A DNA stretch of 64,000 nucleotides from an uncultured Alphaproteobacteria bacterium (GTDB taxonomy: Bacteria > Pseudomonadota > Alphaproteobacteria > SMXQ01): positions 257,063-321,062 of the forward strand of contig CAVTBD010000002.1 in assembly GCA_963732875.1 (NCBI GenBank), in the 5' to 3' direction. This document shows positions 53,887 to 64,000 of the stretch, in pieces. A program made the position numbers and the translations under genes. Every line of letters begins with the position of its first letter. Positions within the stretch are counted from its first letter, which is position 1. The notes beneath the pieces were generated by a model, which was given only the letters and a program-made list of their open reading frames with translations, was not told where the DNA came from and searched no databases.

Positions 53887-55071
53887 ATGATACCCGCCGC
53901 GATCCGCCGTAACGTCATTCTGCTGGCCCTGTGCCAGGCCCTCTACATGACCGGGACGTCCATGGTGATCACGGTCACCGCGCTCGCGGGCTCGCTGTGC
54001 GCGCCGGTACCCGGGCTCGCGACCCTGCCGCTCTCGCTCCAGTTCATCGCCACCATGGCGACCACGGTGCCGGCGTCCTACGTCATGCGCCATTTCGGGC
54101 GCAGGACCGGATTCATCCTGGGCGCGGTGATCGGCGGGGCGGGCGGCCTCGTCAGTTTCGCCGCGCTGCTGAACGGTAACTTCGTTGTCCTGTGCGTAGG
54201 ATCCTCGCTGATCGGCGTGCTCAACGGGTTTTCCATCTACTACCGCTTCGCTGCCGCAGACAGCGCCGCGGAAGAACATCGCGCACGGGCCATTTCACTG
54301 GTGCTGGCGGGCGGGGTGATCGCCGCCTTTACCGGGCCGAACCTTGCGCGCTTCACCGCGCCGCTGGTGCCGGGGGCCAGTTTCGCCGGCACCTTCGCCG
54401 CGCTCGCCGCGCTTCAGGTCGTGACCGTCGCGCTGCTTGCGTTCGTGAAGATTCCCCGCCTGACGGCGGCCGAACGGCGCGATCAGGGCCGTCCCATCGG
54501 CGAAATCCTGCGCCAGCCCTCGGCCATCGTCGCGATCGTTTCCGCCGTCGCCGGCTACAGTGCGATGACCCTGGTGATGACTGCGACGCCGCTCGCGGTG
54601 ATCGCCCACAACTTCCAGTTCTCGGACGCGGCCTTCATCATCCAGTGGCACGTGTTCGCCATGTTCGCGCCGTCCTTCTTCACCGGCTCGGTAATCAAGC
54701 GGGTCGGCGTGCTGCCGGTGATCGCCGCCGGGGGGCTCGCCATCCTGGGATGTATCGCGATCAACCTCGCGGGCGCCGACATGGTGCATTTCGTCACGGC
54801 CCTGGTCCTGCTCGGGGTCGGCTGGAACTTCATGTTCGTGGGCGGGACCACGCTCCTGACCGCCGTGATCACCCGCCCCGAGCAGGCCAAGGTCCAGGGC
54901 CTTAACGATTTTCTCGTGTTTGGCTCGGTAGCGGTAGCCTCGCTGTCCTCGGGCGCGCTGCAGCACGCGCTCGGCTGGCAGGCGGTCAACATGGGGGCCT
55001 TGCCGGGGGTCTCGATCGCGCTGGCGGCCGCGCTCTGGCTCGGCCTCGGCCGTCGTCCACAGGTCGGCTGA
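53887..55071 (+). CDS. MFS transporter
   Basis: 394 aa, about 12 hydrophobic helices, with an MFS-like loop motif (MRHFGRRTGF). Confidence 0.8.
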   Translation: MIPAAIRRNVILLALCQALYMTGTSMVITVTALAGSLCAPVPGLATLPLSLQFIATMATTVPASYVMRHFGRRTGFILGAVIGGAGGLVSFAALLNGNFVVLCVGSSLIGVLNGFSIYYRFAAADSAAEEHRARAISLVLAGGVIAAFTGPNLARFTAPLVPGASFAGTFAALAALQVVTVALLAFVKIPRLTAAERRDQGRPIGEILRQPSAIVAIVSAVAGYSAMTLVMTATPLAVIAHNFQFSDAAFIIQWHVFAMFAPSFFTGSVIKRVGVLPVIAAGGLAILGCIAINLAGADMVHFVTALVLLGVGWNFMFVGGTTLLTAVITRPEQAKVQGLNDFLVFGSVAVASLSSGALQHALGWQAVNMGALPGVSIALAAALWLGLGRRPQVG

Positions 55072-55266
55072 AGCACCAAACCCGCCGGATTCCAAGCTTT
55101 CGCCGGGAAGTGTTGGGTTGCGTCCCGCCGGGACTTCTGGCATGTTCCGGCCACTTTTTCCCGAGCCACCCGTGGTCCCAGCCGCGCGCGCTGCAGCGAT
55201 TCCCGGGGGGCCGGCTCACGCGTCCAAGAGATTCATCCCGAACGTAATCCAAGGGGAAAAAACCAG

Positions 55267-57354
55267 ATGACTAGCGCTTACTGGGTGGTATTCGGCGGCG
55301 GCGTGCTGGCGATCCTGTACGGCATTTACGCCTCGCGATCGGTGCTCAGCGCCGACGCCGGCTCCGACCGCATGCGGGAAATCGCCGCCGCGGTCCAGGA
55401 AGGGGCAGGGGCCTATCTCAACCGGCAGTACCGCGCCATTGCCCTCGTGGGCCTCGTGATCGGTGCCTTCCTGTGGTGGCAACTCGGCTACCACGTGGCG
55501 ATCGGCTACGCGATCGGTGCCGTGCTGTCCGGTGCCGCCGGTTATATCGGCATGAACATCTCGGTGCGTGCCAACGTGCGCACTGCCCAGGCGGCGCGCC
55601 AAGGCTTGGCCGCGGCGCTCGGCGTCGCGTTCAAGGCGGGCGCAGTCACCGGCATGCTGGTGGTCGGGCTCGGCCTGCTCGGCGTCTCGGGCTATTACTG
55701 GTTCCTCCAGAGGAGCGGCGTGGATCAGCGCGGCCTGCTCGAGGCGCTGGTGGCGCTGTCCTTCGGCGCCTCGCTGATCTCGATCTTCGCCCGTCTCGGC
55801 GGCGGCATCTTCACCAAGGGTGCCGACGTCGGCGCCGACCTCGTCGGCAAGATCGAGGCCGGCATCCCCGAGGACGATCCGCGCAACGCGGCGGTGATCG
55901 CCGACAACGTGGGCGACAACGTCGGCGACTGCGCCGGCATGGCGGCCGACCTGTTCGAGACCTATGCCGTCACCATCGTCGCGACCATGCTGCTGGCGGC
56001 GATCTTCTTCACCGGCCAGGCCCAGTCGACCCTGATGCTGCTGCCGCTCCTGATCGGCGCCGTGTGCATCGTGGGCTCGATCATCGGCACGTTCTTCGTG
56101 CGGCTCGGCGCGAGCAACAACATCATGGGCGCGCTGTACAAGGGCTTGATCGTCTCGGCGCTGCTCTCGGCGGGTCTGATCGCCGGCGTGATCTGGAAAT
56201 TCGTCGGCTTCGGCGCCGTGTTCACCGTCGGCGCCAAGTCGTTCACCGGCATGAGCCTGTTCTACGCCGCGGTCACCGGCCTCGGCGTCACCGGCCTGCT
56301 GGTCTGGATCACCGAGTACTACACCGGCACCGACCACCGGCCGGTCAGGAGCGTCGCCTCGGCGTCGACCACCGGCCACGCCACCAACATCATCCAGGGC
56401 CTTGCCGTGTCGATGGAGGCGACCGCCCTGCCGGTGCTCGTGATCTGCGGCGGCATCGTGCTGAGCTTCCTCGCCGCCGGCCTGTTCGGCATCGCGGTCG
56501 CCGTGACCACGATGCTGGCGCTCGCCGGCATGGTGGTGGCGCTCGACGCCTACGGTCCGGTCACCGACAACGCGGGCGGCATCGCCGAGATGGCCGACCT
56601 GCCCGCCGACGTGCGCAAGACCACCGATGCGCTGGATGCGGTCGGCAACACCACCAAGGCGGTGACCAAGGGCTATGCGATCGGCTCGGCCGGCCTCGCC
56701 GCGCTGGTGCTGTTCGCGGCCTATACCGAGGACCTGACCCACTACTTCCCGAACCTCCAGGTGCACTTCCGCCTGCAGGATCCGTTCGTGGTGGTCGGCC
56801 TGTTCATCGGCGGCATGCTGCCGTTCCTGTTCGGCTCGCTCGGCATGAAGGCGGTCGGCCGCGCGGCGGGCGCCGTCGTGATCGAGGTGCGTCGCCAGTT
56901 CCAGGAGATCAAGGGCATCATGGAGGGCACCGCCAAGCCGGAATACGGCCGCGCCGTGGACCTGCTGACCAAGGCCGCGATCAAGGAGATGATCATGCCC
57001 TCGCTGCTGCCGGTGCTGGCGCCGATCGTGCTGTATTACGTGGTCCTGCTGATCGCGGGCCAGGCGGCGGCGTTCACCGCGCTCGGCGCGATGCTGCTCG
57101 GCACCATCGTCACCGGCCTGTTCGTCGCGATCTCGATGACCTCGGGCGGCGGTGCGTGGGACAACGCCAAGAAGTTCATCGAGGACGGCCACTACGGCGG
57201 CAAGGGCTCCGACGCCCACAAGGCCGCGGTGACCGGCGATACCGTCGGCGATCCGTACAAGGATACTGCCGGTCCGGCCGTCAACCCGATGATCAAGATC
57301 ATCAACATCGTCGCGCTTCTGCTGCTGGCGCTGATCGCCAAGGGCATGCACTGA
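55267..57354 (+). CDS. hppA: Membrane-bound proton-translocating pyrophosphatase (H+-PPase)
   Basis: 695 aa, [93 protein letters not shown]. Confidence 0.95.
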   Translation: MTSAYWVVFGGGVLAILYGIYASRSVLSADAGSDRMREIAAAVQEGAGAYLNRQYRAIALVGLVIGAFLWWQLGYHVAIGYAIGAVLSGAAGYIGMNISVRANVRTAQAARQGLAAALGVAFKAGAVTGMLVVGLGLLGVSGYYWFLQRSGVDQRGLLEALVALSFGASLISIFARLGGGIFTKGADVGADLVGKIEAGIPEDDPRNAAVIADNVGDNVGDCAGMAADLFETYAVTIVATMLLAAIFFTGQAQSTLMLLPLLIGAVCIVGSIIGTFFVRLGASNNIMGALYKGLIVSALLSAGLIAGVIWKFVGFGAVFTVGAKSFTGMSLFYAAVTGLGVTGLLVWITEYYTGTDHRPVRSVASASTTGHATNIIQGLAVSMEATALPVLVICGGIVLSFLAAGLFGIAVAVTTMLALAGMVVALDAYGPVTDNAGGIAEMADLPADVRKTTDALDAVGNTTKAVTKGYAIGSAGLAALVLFAAYTEDLTHYFPNLQVHFRLQDPFVVVGLFIGGMLPFLFGSLGMKAVGRAAGAVVIEVRRQFQEIKGIMEGTAKPEYGRAVDLLTKAAIKEMIMPSLLPVLAPIVLYYVVLLIAGQAAAFTALGAMLLGTIVTGLFVAISMTSGGGAWDNAKKFIEDGHYGGKGSDAHKAAVTGDTVGDPYKDTAGPAVNPMIKIINIVALLLLALIAKGMH

Positions 57355-57373
57355 GCGCAACCATCAAAACGAG

Positions 57374-57406
57374 AAAAGCCCCGGGGGTGACCCCGGGGCT
57401 TTTTTT
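57374..57406. terminator. Bidirectional rho-independent terminator between hppA and bamE
   Basis: aaaaGCCCCGGGG-gtga-CCCCGGGGCttttttt: 9-bp GC stem flanked by an A-run and a T-run. Confidence 0.75.
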
Positions 57407-57424
57407 ACGCGCCATTGGCCGGAA

Positions 57425-57906
57425 TTATTCGTCGGCCTTGGTCGGATTGTTCTCGAACCGGCCGATATTGCCGAGGAGCTGCTGCACGATGGTGAATTGG
57501 CGGCCGGGCGTGGGTGTGGTGCGATCGACCGGATCGATGGTCTCGCCGTTCTTCAGGTCGTACTTCTTGATGCTGGCGACCCGGTTGTCCTTGTTGAAGT
57601 GGATCGCGATCACGGTGCGCGAGAGATCTCGGGCTCGTGATAGGTCACGACCTTGGTCTTCTGGGTCACGTAGTAGATCGTGCTCTTGTCGAAGGTCGCG
57701 ACCGAGGTGGGCGAGCCGATCAGCTCGATGACCTGGTCGCGGGTCTGCTGGCCCGGCTTGATCAGGGCGAGGGAGTCCTTGTCGACCGCGTTGCCGCGGA
57801 TACTGACCTCGGCGGCGCAGCCCGCGAGCAGCCCGGCGACGACCGCGGCGGCGGCAATTCCGGCGCCCGCCCGGGCGCCCCTCGATCGCTTCGATGTCCG
57901 TATCAT
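57425..57906 (-). pseudogene. bamE: Outer membrane protein assembly factor BamE (SmpA/OmlA lipoprotein), frame broken by an indel near 57613-57630
   Basis: ATG 57906: MIRTSKRSRGARAGAGIAAAAVVAGLLAGC (lipobox) ...GNAVDKDSLALIKPGQQTRDQVIELIGSPTS...YYVTQKTKVVTYHEPEI, then a stop after SRAP. The continuation RTVIAIHFNKDNRVASIKKYDLKNGETIDPV... is in another frame (track ORF 57425..57976). The span is 482 nt (3n+2), meaning a 1-nt deletion or 2-nt insertion in the ctctcgcgc context. Confidence 0.75.
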
Positions 57907-58014
57907 TGTGCTTCCCGGCTGGCCGCTGTGCTTGACGGCGGGACGGCGCGTGTCCATGTTGGGCGAACAATTGCACCGAGCCGTTTGCGCTGTCAACCAG
58001 AGCCCGAAACCCTC

Positions 58015-58575
58015 ATGTTCCTTGCCAACCTGTTTCGCCGCCGCGACTACGCGGATGCCGCCTACGCGCTCTACGGCGCGGCGGTGGCACGCGCCCGGGA
58101 GCCCGTTTTCTACCGGGACTTCGGCGTGCCCGACACTCTGGAAGGCCGGTTTGAGATGATCAGTTGCCACGTGTTCCTGATCCTGCGCCGTCTCAAGGGC
58201 GAATCGCCTGGTCCGGACGAGGGCGGCCTGGCCCAGGCCGTGTTCGACCTGATGTTCGCCGACATGGACCGCAACCTGCGCGAGATGGGGGTGGGCGATC
58301 TCGGCGTTGGCCGCCGCGTCAAGGCCATGGCCCAGGCGCTCTACGGCCGCATCAGGGCCTACGAGGACGGCCTCGCGGGCGGCGAGGACGCGCTCGCCCA
58401 GGCGATCCAGCGCAACGTGTTCAACGATCCCGCCGGTGCCCCCGGCGTGGCCGCCCGCGCGCTCGCCCGCGACATGGCGGCTTCGGCGGCGGCGCTGGCG
58501 GCGCTGCCGTCCCCAGCGCTGGCCAAGGGCGAGGCGAGCTTCGCGCCGCTACCCGGCGCGGCCGTGGTCTCGTGA
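58015..58575 (+). CDS. Ubiquinol-cytochrome c chaperone family protein (CBP3-like)
   Basis: ATG 58015: MFLANLFRRRDYADAAYALYGAAVARAREPVFYRDFGVPDTLEGRFEMISCHVFLILRRLK...FDLMFADMDRNLREMGVGDLGVGRRVKAMAQALYGR. Confidence 0.7.
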   Translation: MFLANLFRRRDYADAAYALYGAAVARAREPVFYRDFGVPDTLEGRFEMISCHVFLILRRLKGESPGPDEGGLAQAVFDLMFADMDRNLREMGVGDLGVGRRVKAMAQALYGRIRAYEDGLAGGEDALAQAIQRNVFNDPAGAPGVAARALARDMAASAAALAALPSPALAKGEASFAPLPGAAVVS

Positions 58576-58580
58576 ACGCC

Positions 58581-59120
58581 ATGACCCCGCTGTCGGTCCC
58601 CGAATTCTCCCGCCCGTTCACGGTCGAGTCTCAGATGGGGGCGGGCGCCGAGGCCGAGACCTTCGCCATCGAGGCGACCGCCGGGGAGCGCGCCGCGCTC
58701 GCGCGCCGCTTCGATCTGCGGTCGCTCGACGCACTTGCCGCGACCGGGCACATCGAAGTGTTCGCGAAAGGGCGCCAGGCACGCCTGACCGCGACCCTCA
58801 CCGCCGACGTGGTCCAGGCCTGCGTGGTGACGCTGGCACCGGTACCGGCCCATCTCGAGGTCACCTTCGTCGTCGACTACGACCGTGACGCGGCCGAGGC
58901 CGAGGGCGAGGTCGCGATCGATGCCGAAGGAGACGAGTCCCCGGATCCGCTGCCCGAGGCGGGCATGGACCTGGGCGAGGCCGTCGCCGAGCAGCTCGGC
59001 CTGGCCCTTGACCCTTATCCGCGGGCGCCCGGGGCCGCGCTCGGCCCGGAAGCGGGGGACCAGGCCGAATCGGGGCGGGAATTGCCGTTTTCCGTCCTGG
59101 GGCGCCTCAGGAACCGCTAG
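58581..59120 (+). CDS. yceD: YceD/DUF177-family protein (23S rRNA accumulation/ribosome-associated)
   Basis: ATG 58581 (GTG 58572 possible). ...ACVVTLAPVPAHLE.....DY........IDAEGDESPDPL..G.MDLGEAVAEQLGLALDPYPR. Conserved position upstream of rpmF-plsX. Confidence 0.8.
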   Translation: MTPLSVPEFSRPFTVESQMGAGAEAETFAIEATAGERAALARRFDLRSLDALAATGHIEVFAKGRQARLTATLTADVVQACVVTLAPVPAHLEVTFVVDYDRDAAEAEGEVAIDAEGDESPDPLPEAGMDLGEAVAEQLGLALDPYPRAPGAALGPEAGDQAESGRELPFSVLGRLRNR

Positions 59121-59238
59121 CCGGAAGCGACTTGCCGTATCCGGGGTTTTTGGGTAATAGATGGCCTCCTTTGCGCAGGGGGCGGTACGATCGCCCCCGT
59201 GAAGCCTGTTTACCGGCGCCGAACGAAAGACTTTCATC

Positions 59239-59424
59239 ATGGCTGTTCCCAAGAAAAAGACTTCGAAATCAAGGCGCAATATGCGCCGTTCGCATCACGC
59301 GCTGAAGTCGACCGCGTATGTGGAGTGCTCCAACTGCGGGGAACTCAAGCGTCCCCACCACGTCTGCGGTGCCTGCGGCCACTATGACGGCAGGGAAGTG
59401 GTGGAGAGCGAAGGCGCGGTATAG
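59239..59424 (+). CDS. rpmF: 50S ribosomal protein L32
   Basis: [54 protein letters not shown]. Confidence 0.95.
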   Translation: MAVPKKKTSKSRRNMRRSHHALKSTAYVECSNCGELKRPHHVCGACGHYDGREVVESEGAV

Positions 59425-59481
59425 AATACCGCCGGCCGCCACCTGCGGCCCTTTCTTCGATCTGGATACGGATAGAAGACG

Positions 59482-60526
59482 ATGCGCTTGACGATAGCCC
59501 TTGACGGCATGGGGGGTGACGGTGCCCCCGACGTGGTGGTCAAGGGTGCCAACATGGCGCATCACCGCTATCCCGACGTGCATTTCCTGTTCTATGGCGA
59601 CGAGGCCCGTCTCAAGCCGCTGATCGGCCGTTTCAAGAAGCTCGAGGCCGCCTCCACGATCCATCACACCGACGTGGCCGTCTCCGGCGAGGACAAGCCG
59701 TCACAGGCGCTACGCAAGGCGCGCGGCTCCTCGATGGGACTCGCCATCGAAGCGGTCAAGGACGGTCACGCCGAGGGCGTGGTTTCCGCGGGTAACACCG
59801 GCGCGCTCATGGCTATGGCCAAGATCGCGCTGCGCACCATTCCGGAAATCTCCGCGTCCGGCCATCGCCACCATGCTGCCCAACCTGCGCGCCGAAAGCG
59901 TCATGCTGGACCTCGGCGCCAATATCCAGTGCGACGCCCGCAACCTGGTGGAATTCGCCGTGATGGGCGAGGTGTTCGCCCGCACCGTGCTGGGCCTGAC
60001 CAAGCCGACCATCGGCCTGCTCAACGTCGGCGAGGAAGACCTCAAGGGCCACGAATACGTGCGCCAGGCGGCGACCATGCTGCGCGAGCTCACCCTGCCG
60101 ATCGAGTTCCGCGGCTTCGTCGAGGGCGACGCGGTCTGGGCCGGGGCGGTCGACGTGGTGGTGACCGACGGGTTCACCGGCAACGTCGCGCTCAAGACCG
60201 CGGAGGGCATGGCGCGCATGTACTCGGGCTTCATGCGCATGGCATTCAAGAGCTCGGTCATGTCGCGGCTGGGCTATCTGTTCGCCCGCAACGCGCTCGG
60301 CAAGGTGCGCGCCCGGCTCGATCCCCGGCGCTACAACGGCGCCATGCTGCTCGGCCTCAACGGCATCGTCATCAAGAGCCATGGCGGTACCGACGCGTTC
60401 GGCTTCGCCAACGCCATCGGCGTTGCGGTGGACATGGTCAGGGGCGGCTTCTCGGGACGCATCACCGACGAATTCCAGCGCCTCGGCGACTTCTCGGCAC
60501 CGCTTCAGAAGGCGGCGGTATCCTGA
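59482..60526 (+). pseudogene. plsX: Phosphate acyltransferase PlsX, frame broken by a 1-nt insertion at about 59853-59854
   Basis: N-terminus [16 protein letters not shown]...[24 protein letters not shown] is canonical. The continuation [27 protein letters not shown]...[16 protein letters not shown]...[13 protein letters not shown] is in the next frame (track ORF 59873..60526). The span is 1045 nt (3n+1). The shifted frame runs into fabH, producing the 672-aa track ORF. Confidence 0.9.
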
Positions 60527-61500
60527 TGACCTTGCGTTCCGTGGTCGCCGGGTACGGCGCATATCTTCCAAAAAATATCATGACAAACAACGATCTGGCT
60601 AAGATCGTTGATACTTCGGATGAGTGGATCACGGCGCGCACCGGTATCCGCCAGCGCCATATCGCCGCCGACGGCGAGCTGACTTCGGATCTCGCCACCC
60701 ATGCGGTCACCCAGGCGCTCGACCGCGCCGGCCTCGCCGGGGCGGACGTCGACCTGATCGTGATCGGCACCACCACCCCGGACGAGACCTTTCCCGCCGT
60801 GGCCACCAAGGTCCAGAGCCGGATCGGCGCCGACCGCGCCTTCGCCTTCGACGTCCAGGCGGCGTGCTCGGGCTTCATCTATGCGCTCGCCATGGCCGAC
60901 AACTTCATCCGCCTGGGCCAGGCGCGCAATGCCGTGGTGGTGGGCGCGGAGACGTTCTCGCGCCTGCTCGACTGGCACGACCGCAGCACTTGCGTTCTGT
61001 TCGGCGACGGCGCCGGCGCCGTGGTGCTGAAGGCGGAGGAGGGTACCGGCACCAACCGCGACCGGGGCGTGCTGTCGACCCACCTTCACTCCGACGGACG
61101 CCAGCATGACCTGCTCTATGCCGATGGCGGCCCTTCGTTCAACCAGCACGCGGGCGTGGTCAGGATGCAGGGGCAGGAAGTATTCCGCCATGCCGTGGCA
61201 CGCCTGTCGGCGGTGCTCCACGAGGCGCTCGCCGCCAACGGGCTGACGGCCGCCGACGTCGACTGGCTGGTGCCGCACCAGGCCAACAAGCGCATCCTCG
61301 ATTCGACCGCCCGCAAGCTCGGCTTGCCGCCCGAAAAGATGGTCGTGACCGTGGACCGCCATGCCAATACCTCGGCGGCCTCGATTCCGCTGGCGCTGGC
61401 CGTCGCGGTGGATGACGGGCGCATCAAGCGGGGCGATCTGGTGCTGATGGAGGCCATGGGGGCGGGTTTCACCTGGGCCGCGGCGGCGCTGCGCTGGTAG
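60526..61500 (+). CDS. fabH: 3-oxoacyl-[ACP] synthase III
   Basis: ATG 60526 overlaps the plsX stop (TGATG). [45 protein letters not shown]...[15 protein letters not shown]...LVPHQAN.RI...[12 protein letters not shown]. Confidence 0.95.
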   Translation: MTLRSVVAGYGAYLPKNIMTNNDLAKIVDTSDEWITARTGIRQRHIAADGELTSDLATHAVTQALDRAGLAGADVDLIVIGTTTPDETFPAVATKVQSRIGADRAFAFDVQAACSGFIYALAMADNFIRLGQARNAVVVGAETFSRLLDWHDRSTCVLFGDGAGAVVLKAEEGTGTNRDRGVLSTHLHSDGRQHDLLYADGGPSFNQHAGVVRMQGQEVFRHAVARLSAVLHEALAANGLTAADVDWLVPHQANKRILDSTARKLGLPPEKMVVTVDRHANTSAASIPLALAVAVDDGRIKRGDLVLMEAMGAGFTWAAAALRW

Positions 61501-61618
61501 CCTTCCAAGCGCTATCGGCCGAGATTCCGGCCTTACCTCAACAAATTCTTGCATCCCTTTGATCTTGACGGTTTTTTGGGCCGGCGTTACCCTGCGGGAA
61601 ATTGGGAGGGGAACTGCT

Positions 61619-61999
61619 ATGGCTGGCAATACGGTAACGCGCGCACAGCTCGGTGAGGCCGTCTATCAGGAAGTCGGCCTGTCGCGCAACGAATTGGGCG
61701 ATCTGGTCGAAGCCGTCCTCAAGGAAATCAGCGATGCGCTGGTGCGCGGCGAGAGCGTCAAGATCTCGTCGTTCGGCAGCTTTTCGGTGCGCTCCAAGGG
61801 CGAGCGCATCGGCCGCAACCCCAAGACCGGCGAGGAGGTGCCGATCCTGCCGCGCAGGGTCCTGGTGTTCCGCGCCTCCCACGTGCTCAAGGGGCGCATC
61901 AACGATGCCATGGCCAATGACGGCGGCGCCGGTGCCGGCGCCGAGACGTCTCCGGCGGGCAACGCGACATCTCCGATCGGGCCGGGGAGCCGCTTCTAA
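61619..61999 (+). CDS. ihfA: Integration host factor subunit alpha (with about 30-aa Gly/Ala/Pro-rich C-terminal extension)
   Basis: ATG 61619 after [91 protein letters not shown]. Confidence 0.9.
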   Translation: MAGNTVTRAQLGEAVYQEVGLSRNELGDLVEAVLKEISDALVRGESVKISSFGSFSVRSKGERIGRNPKTGEEVPILPRRVLVFRASHVLKGRINDAMANDGGAGAGAETSPAGNATSPIGPGSRF

Positions 62000-62488
62000 A
62001 TGCCCGAGTTCCTGCAGTCGGACCTGGCCTCGGGAGAGGCCGGGCGGCGTGGCGGCAAGTCAGCGGCAGCATTCCGCACCATCAGCGAGGTCGCGCGCGA
62101 GCTCGACGTCCCCCAGCACGTGCTGCGTTTCTGGGAATCCAAGTTCACCCAGGTCAAGCCGCTCAAGCGCGGCGGCGGGCGACGCTATTACCGGCCCGAG
62201 GACATCGAGCTTCTGCGCTCGATCCGCAGCCTGCTCTACCGCGACGGCTATACCATCAAGGGCGTGCAGAAGCTCCTGCGCGAGGGCCAGGTCGCGCGCG
62301 ATGGTGCGGGGATCGTACCCGCCGCCAATGGCAATGGCATCGTCGCGTCCGCGCCACCGGCGGCGGCAAAGCCCGCGCCGGTCGCCGTCCAGGGCGCGGC
62401 GAAGCCGGCGCTCACGCCCACCCAGCGGCGCGAGATAGAGGCCGTGATCAGCGAGCTCACGGCCCTCAAGAAGCTGCTCCAGGGCTGA
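62000..62488 (+). CDS. MerR-family transcriptional regulator (the type conserved downstream of ihfA)
   Basis: Starts immediately after the ihfA stop (TAAATG). [69 protein letters not shown]. Confidence 0.8.
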   Translation: MPEFLQSDLASGEAGRRGGKSAAAFRTISEVARELDVPQHVLRFWESKFTQVKPLKRGGGRRYYRPEDIELLRSIRSLLYRDGYTIKGVQKLLREGQVARDGAGIVPAANGNGIVASAPPAAAKPAPVAVQGAAKPALTPTQRREIEAVISELTALKKLLQG

Positions 62489-62614
62489 TCCGGCGGCGGT
62501 TCGCCGCACGCCCGGTTTTCCCCCCGAATTCGGTCCCCGAGTTTCGTTGCGCGACCGGTGCTCGCGGGCTACAGTGCGCGCCGCTCGGGCCCGCCGTGGC
62601 CCGGGACATCTTGC

Positions 62615-62691
<77 letters not shown>

Positions 62692-62698
62692 TTGAACG

Positions 62699-62740
62699 AC
62701 GAGGGGCCGACGGATTTCTCCGCCGGCCCCTCGTTTCGTT
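62699..62740 (+). terminator. Putative terminator after tRNA-Pro, in the convergent gap with the Bug-like gene
   Basis: 11-bp stem acgaggggccg/cggcccctcgt (62699-62709/62724-62734) with a 14-nt loop, followed by TTCGTT. Confidence 0.45.
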
Positions 62741-62763
62741 CGGACGTTTCCTCGATTCCAGCT

Positions 62764-63876
62764 TTACTTCTTTTTCTTCTTTTTGCTTTTCTTTTTCATC
62801 CGCTCGACGTTCAGGCCCTCCTTGCGCAGGAGCTCGGTCATGAAGCCGACCGCCGCGGGCGAGGCCTGGGACAGGGACTTCACGGTGGCGGTCAGCTCGT
62901 CGCTGCTCACGGTCGAGAAATCCTTCGACAGCTTCTCGCCGCGGGCGAGCAGGTCCTTGTCGGTCGCGGCCTTGGCGAACGCCGCCCGGTAGGTGGCGAC
63001 GACCGGTGCCGTGGCCTTGGGCGGCAACGCGATCCAGACCGTGACCGAGCTGATGTTGCGCCAGAAGTCGAACGCCTGCCGGCCTACCGCATCGCCGATC
63101 TTGCCTTCCATGGTCTTTCTGAAGATGGGCGTCTTGGCGACCTCGGGGAGGTGCGCGGGGACGGTGCCACCGTTGGACCCGGATTGGTAGATGATCGCGA
63201 ACCGCTTCTTGTCGAGCAGTTCCCGGTCGACCAGGAAGGTGGTGGCGAACGAGGTCATCTCGACCTCGCCGCGCTTGAGCGCGAGGATTAGGTCGGGCAG
63301 ACCGTGATAGCCCGGCACCCATTTGGCGTTCCAGCCGAGGTAGCCGATCCCCCAGGCGGTCATCTGCATGCCGCTCTGCGGGTAGCCGGCGACCGAGCCC
63401 ATGGTGACCGGCTTGGCGCTCTTGTCCGTGAGCCGCGCGAGCGCGTCGGTGCGCACGATCATGATGGTGCCGCCGATGTCCACCCCGCCGACCATGTGGA
63501 AGGTGGTGGGATCGTAGTGGGACTGCGGGATGCGATAGTTGAGCGGGCTGATCTGCGAGTTCGAGCCCCCGGCCAGTGACAGCCCGTTAGGCGTGGCCTG
63601 CTGGGTAAAGTAGTTCATGGCGGTGATGCCATGGGCGCCCGGCTTGTTCTGGACCACGATTTCCGGTTTGCCGGGTAGATAGCGGCCCAGGGACGCGGCC
63701 ATCAGGCGGGTCGAGAAATCGGTGGTGCCGCCGGTCGTGGTGCCGAGGATGATGTTGACGGTCTTGCCCTTGAAGGATGGGCCCTCGGCGGCCGTCGCGG
63801 ACGCCGCCCCGAACAGCAGGGCCGTGGCCGCGAGGGCAGCAAGACGGATTGACGCGGTATGCGTGAAAGGTTTCAT
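62764..63876 (-). CDS. Bug/TctC-family periplasmic substrate-binding protein with C-terminal poly-lysine tail (paralogue of 2781..3860)
   Basis: ATG 63876 after GGGAGG. Signal peptide ...AALAATALLFGAASATA. GKTVNIILGTTTGGTTDFSTRLMAASLGRYLPGKPEIVVQNKPGAHGITAMNYF...NGLSL. Ends ...NVERMKKKSKKKKKK. No adjacent tctA/tctB. Confidence 0.7.
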   Translation of the reverse strand: MKPFTHTASIRLAALAATALLFGAASATAAEGPSFKGKTVNIILGTTTGGTTDFSTRLMAASLGRYLPGKPEIVVQNKPGAHGITAMNYFTQQATPNGLSLAGGSNSQISPLNYRIPQSHYDPTTFHMVGGVDIGGTIMIVRTDALARLTDKSAKPVTMGSVAGYPQSGMQMTAWGIGYLGWNAKWVPGYHGLPDLILALKRGEVEMTSFATTFLVDRELLDKKRFAIIYQSGSNGGTVPAHLPEVAKTPIFRKTMEGKIGDAVGRQAFDFWRNISSVTVWIALPPKATAPVVATYRAAFAKAATDKDLLARGEKLSKDFSTVSSDELTATVKSLSQASPAAVGFMTELLRKEGLNVERMKKKSKKKKKK

Positions 63877-64000
63877 CGGTGGCCTCCCGCCTGTCGATCT
63901 GCAACACGTCTTGTGCCCCGACGTGTTTGTTCAATTATTGCAATCAATTTTGATTTTTGTAAAGGAACCCTGACGGCGGCCCGGGATCGGCTGCGGCGGC

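Noticed and set aside
59482-61500. Apparent PlsX-FabH fusion protein (672 aa)
   Set aside because: The middle about 220 codons are out-of-frame Arg/Gly/Pro-rich sequence. The true PlsX C-terminal two-thirds is in track ORF 59873..60526, and fabH starts at its own ATG (60526).

Overview
High-GC (visibly about two-thirds G+C) chromosomal segment with gene content and order typical of an alphaproteobacterial core genome; a Rhodospirillales-like source is inference only. About 65 protein genes and one tRNA-Pro(GGG) can be supported. Conserved housekeeping blocks are dapA-smpB, folK-rpoZ-spoT-pdxJ-acpS-lepB-rnc-era-recO-parC, livHMGF-livJ, rpiB-glyA-nrdR-ribD-ribE-ribH-nusB-thiL, hppA, and bamE-yceD-rpmF-plsX-fabH-ihfA-merR. 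The clearest accessory block is a translationally coupled seven-gene arn (L-Ara4N lipid A modification) operon on the minus strand (21647-28806), with a split ArnA and non-enterobacterial gene order. Other non-core items are motAB, a membrane-anchored penicillin/AHL-acylase family gene, a large hybrid histidine kinase, TRAP transporter parts, and two orphan Bug/TctC-like binding proteins that both end in poly-lysine tails. Five conserved genes (rpoZ, a receiver-domain gene, glyA, bamE, plsX) are each broken by a single-base indel. Two of these breaks create artefactual fusion ORFs in the supplied track (GlyA-NrdR and PlsX-FabH). A tandem pair of long hairpins sits downstream of the liv operon. 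I saw no CRISPR array, IS element, prophage or recognisable defence system. The many long antisense ORFs in the track are GC-rich shadow ORFs. I did not find a convincingly novel multi-gene system, so the findings below are individual oddities.
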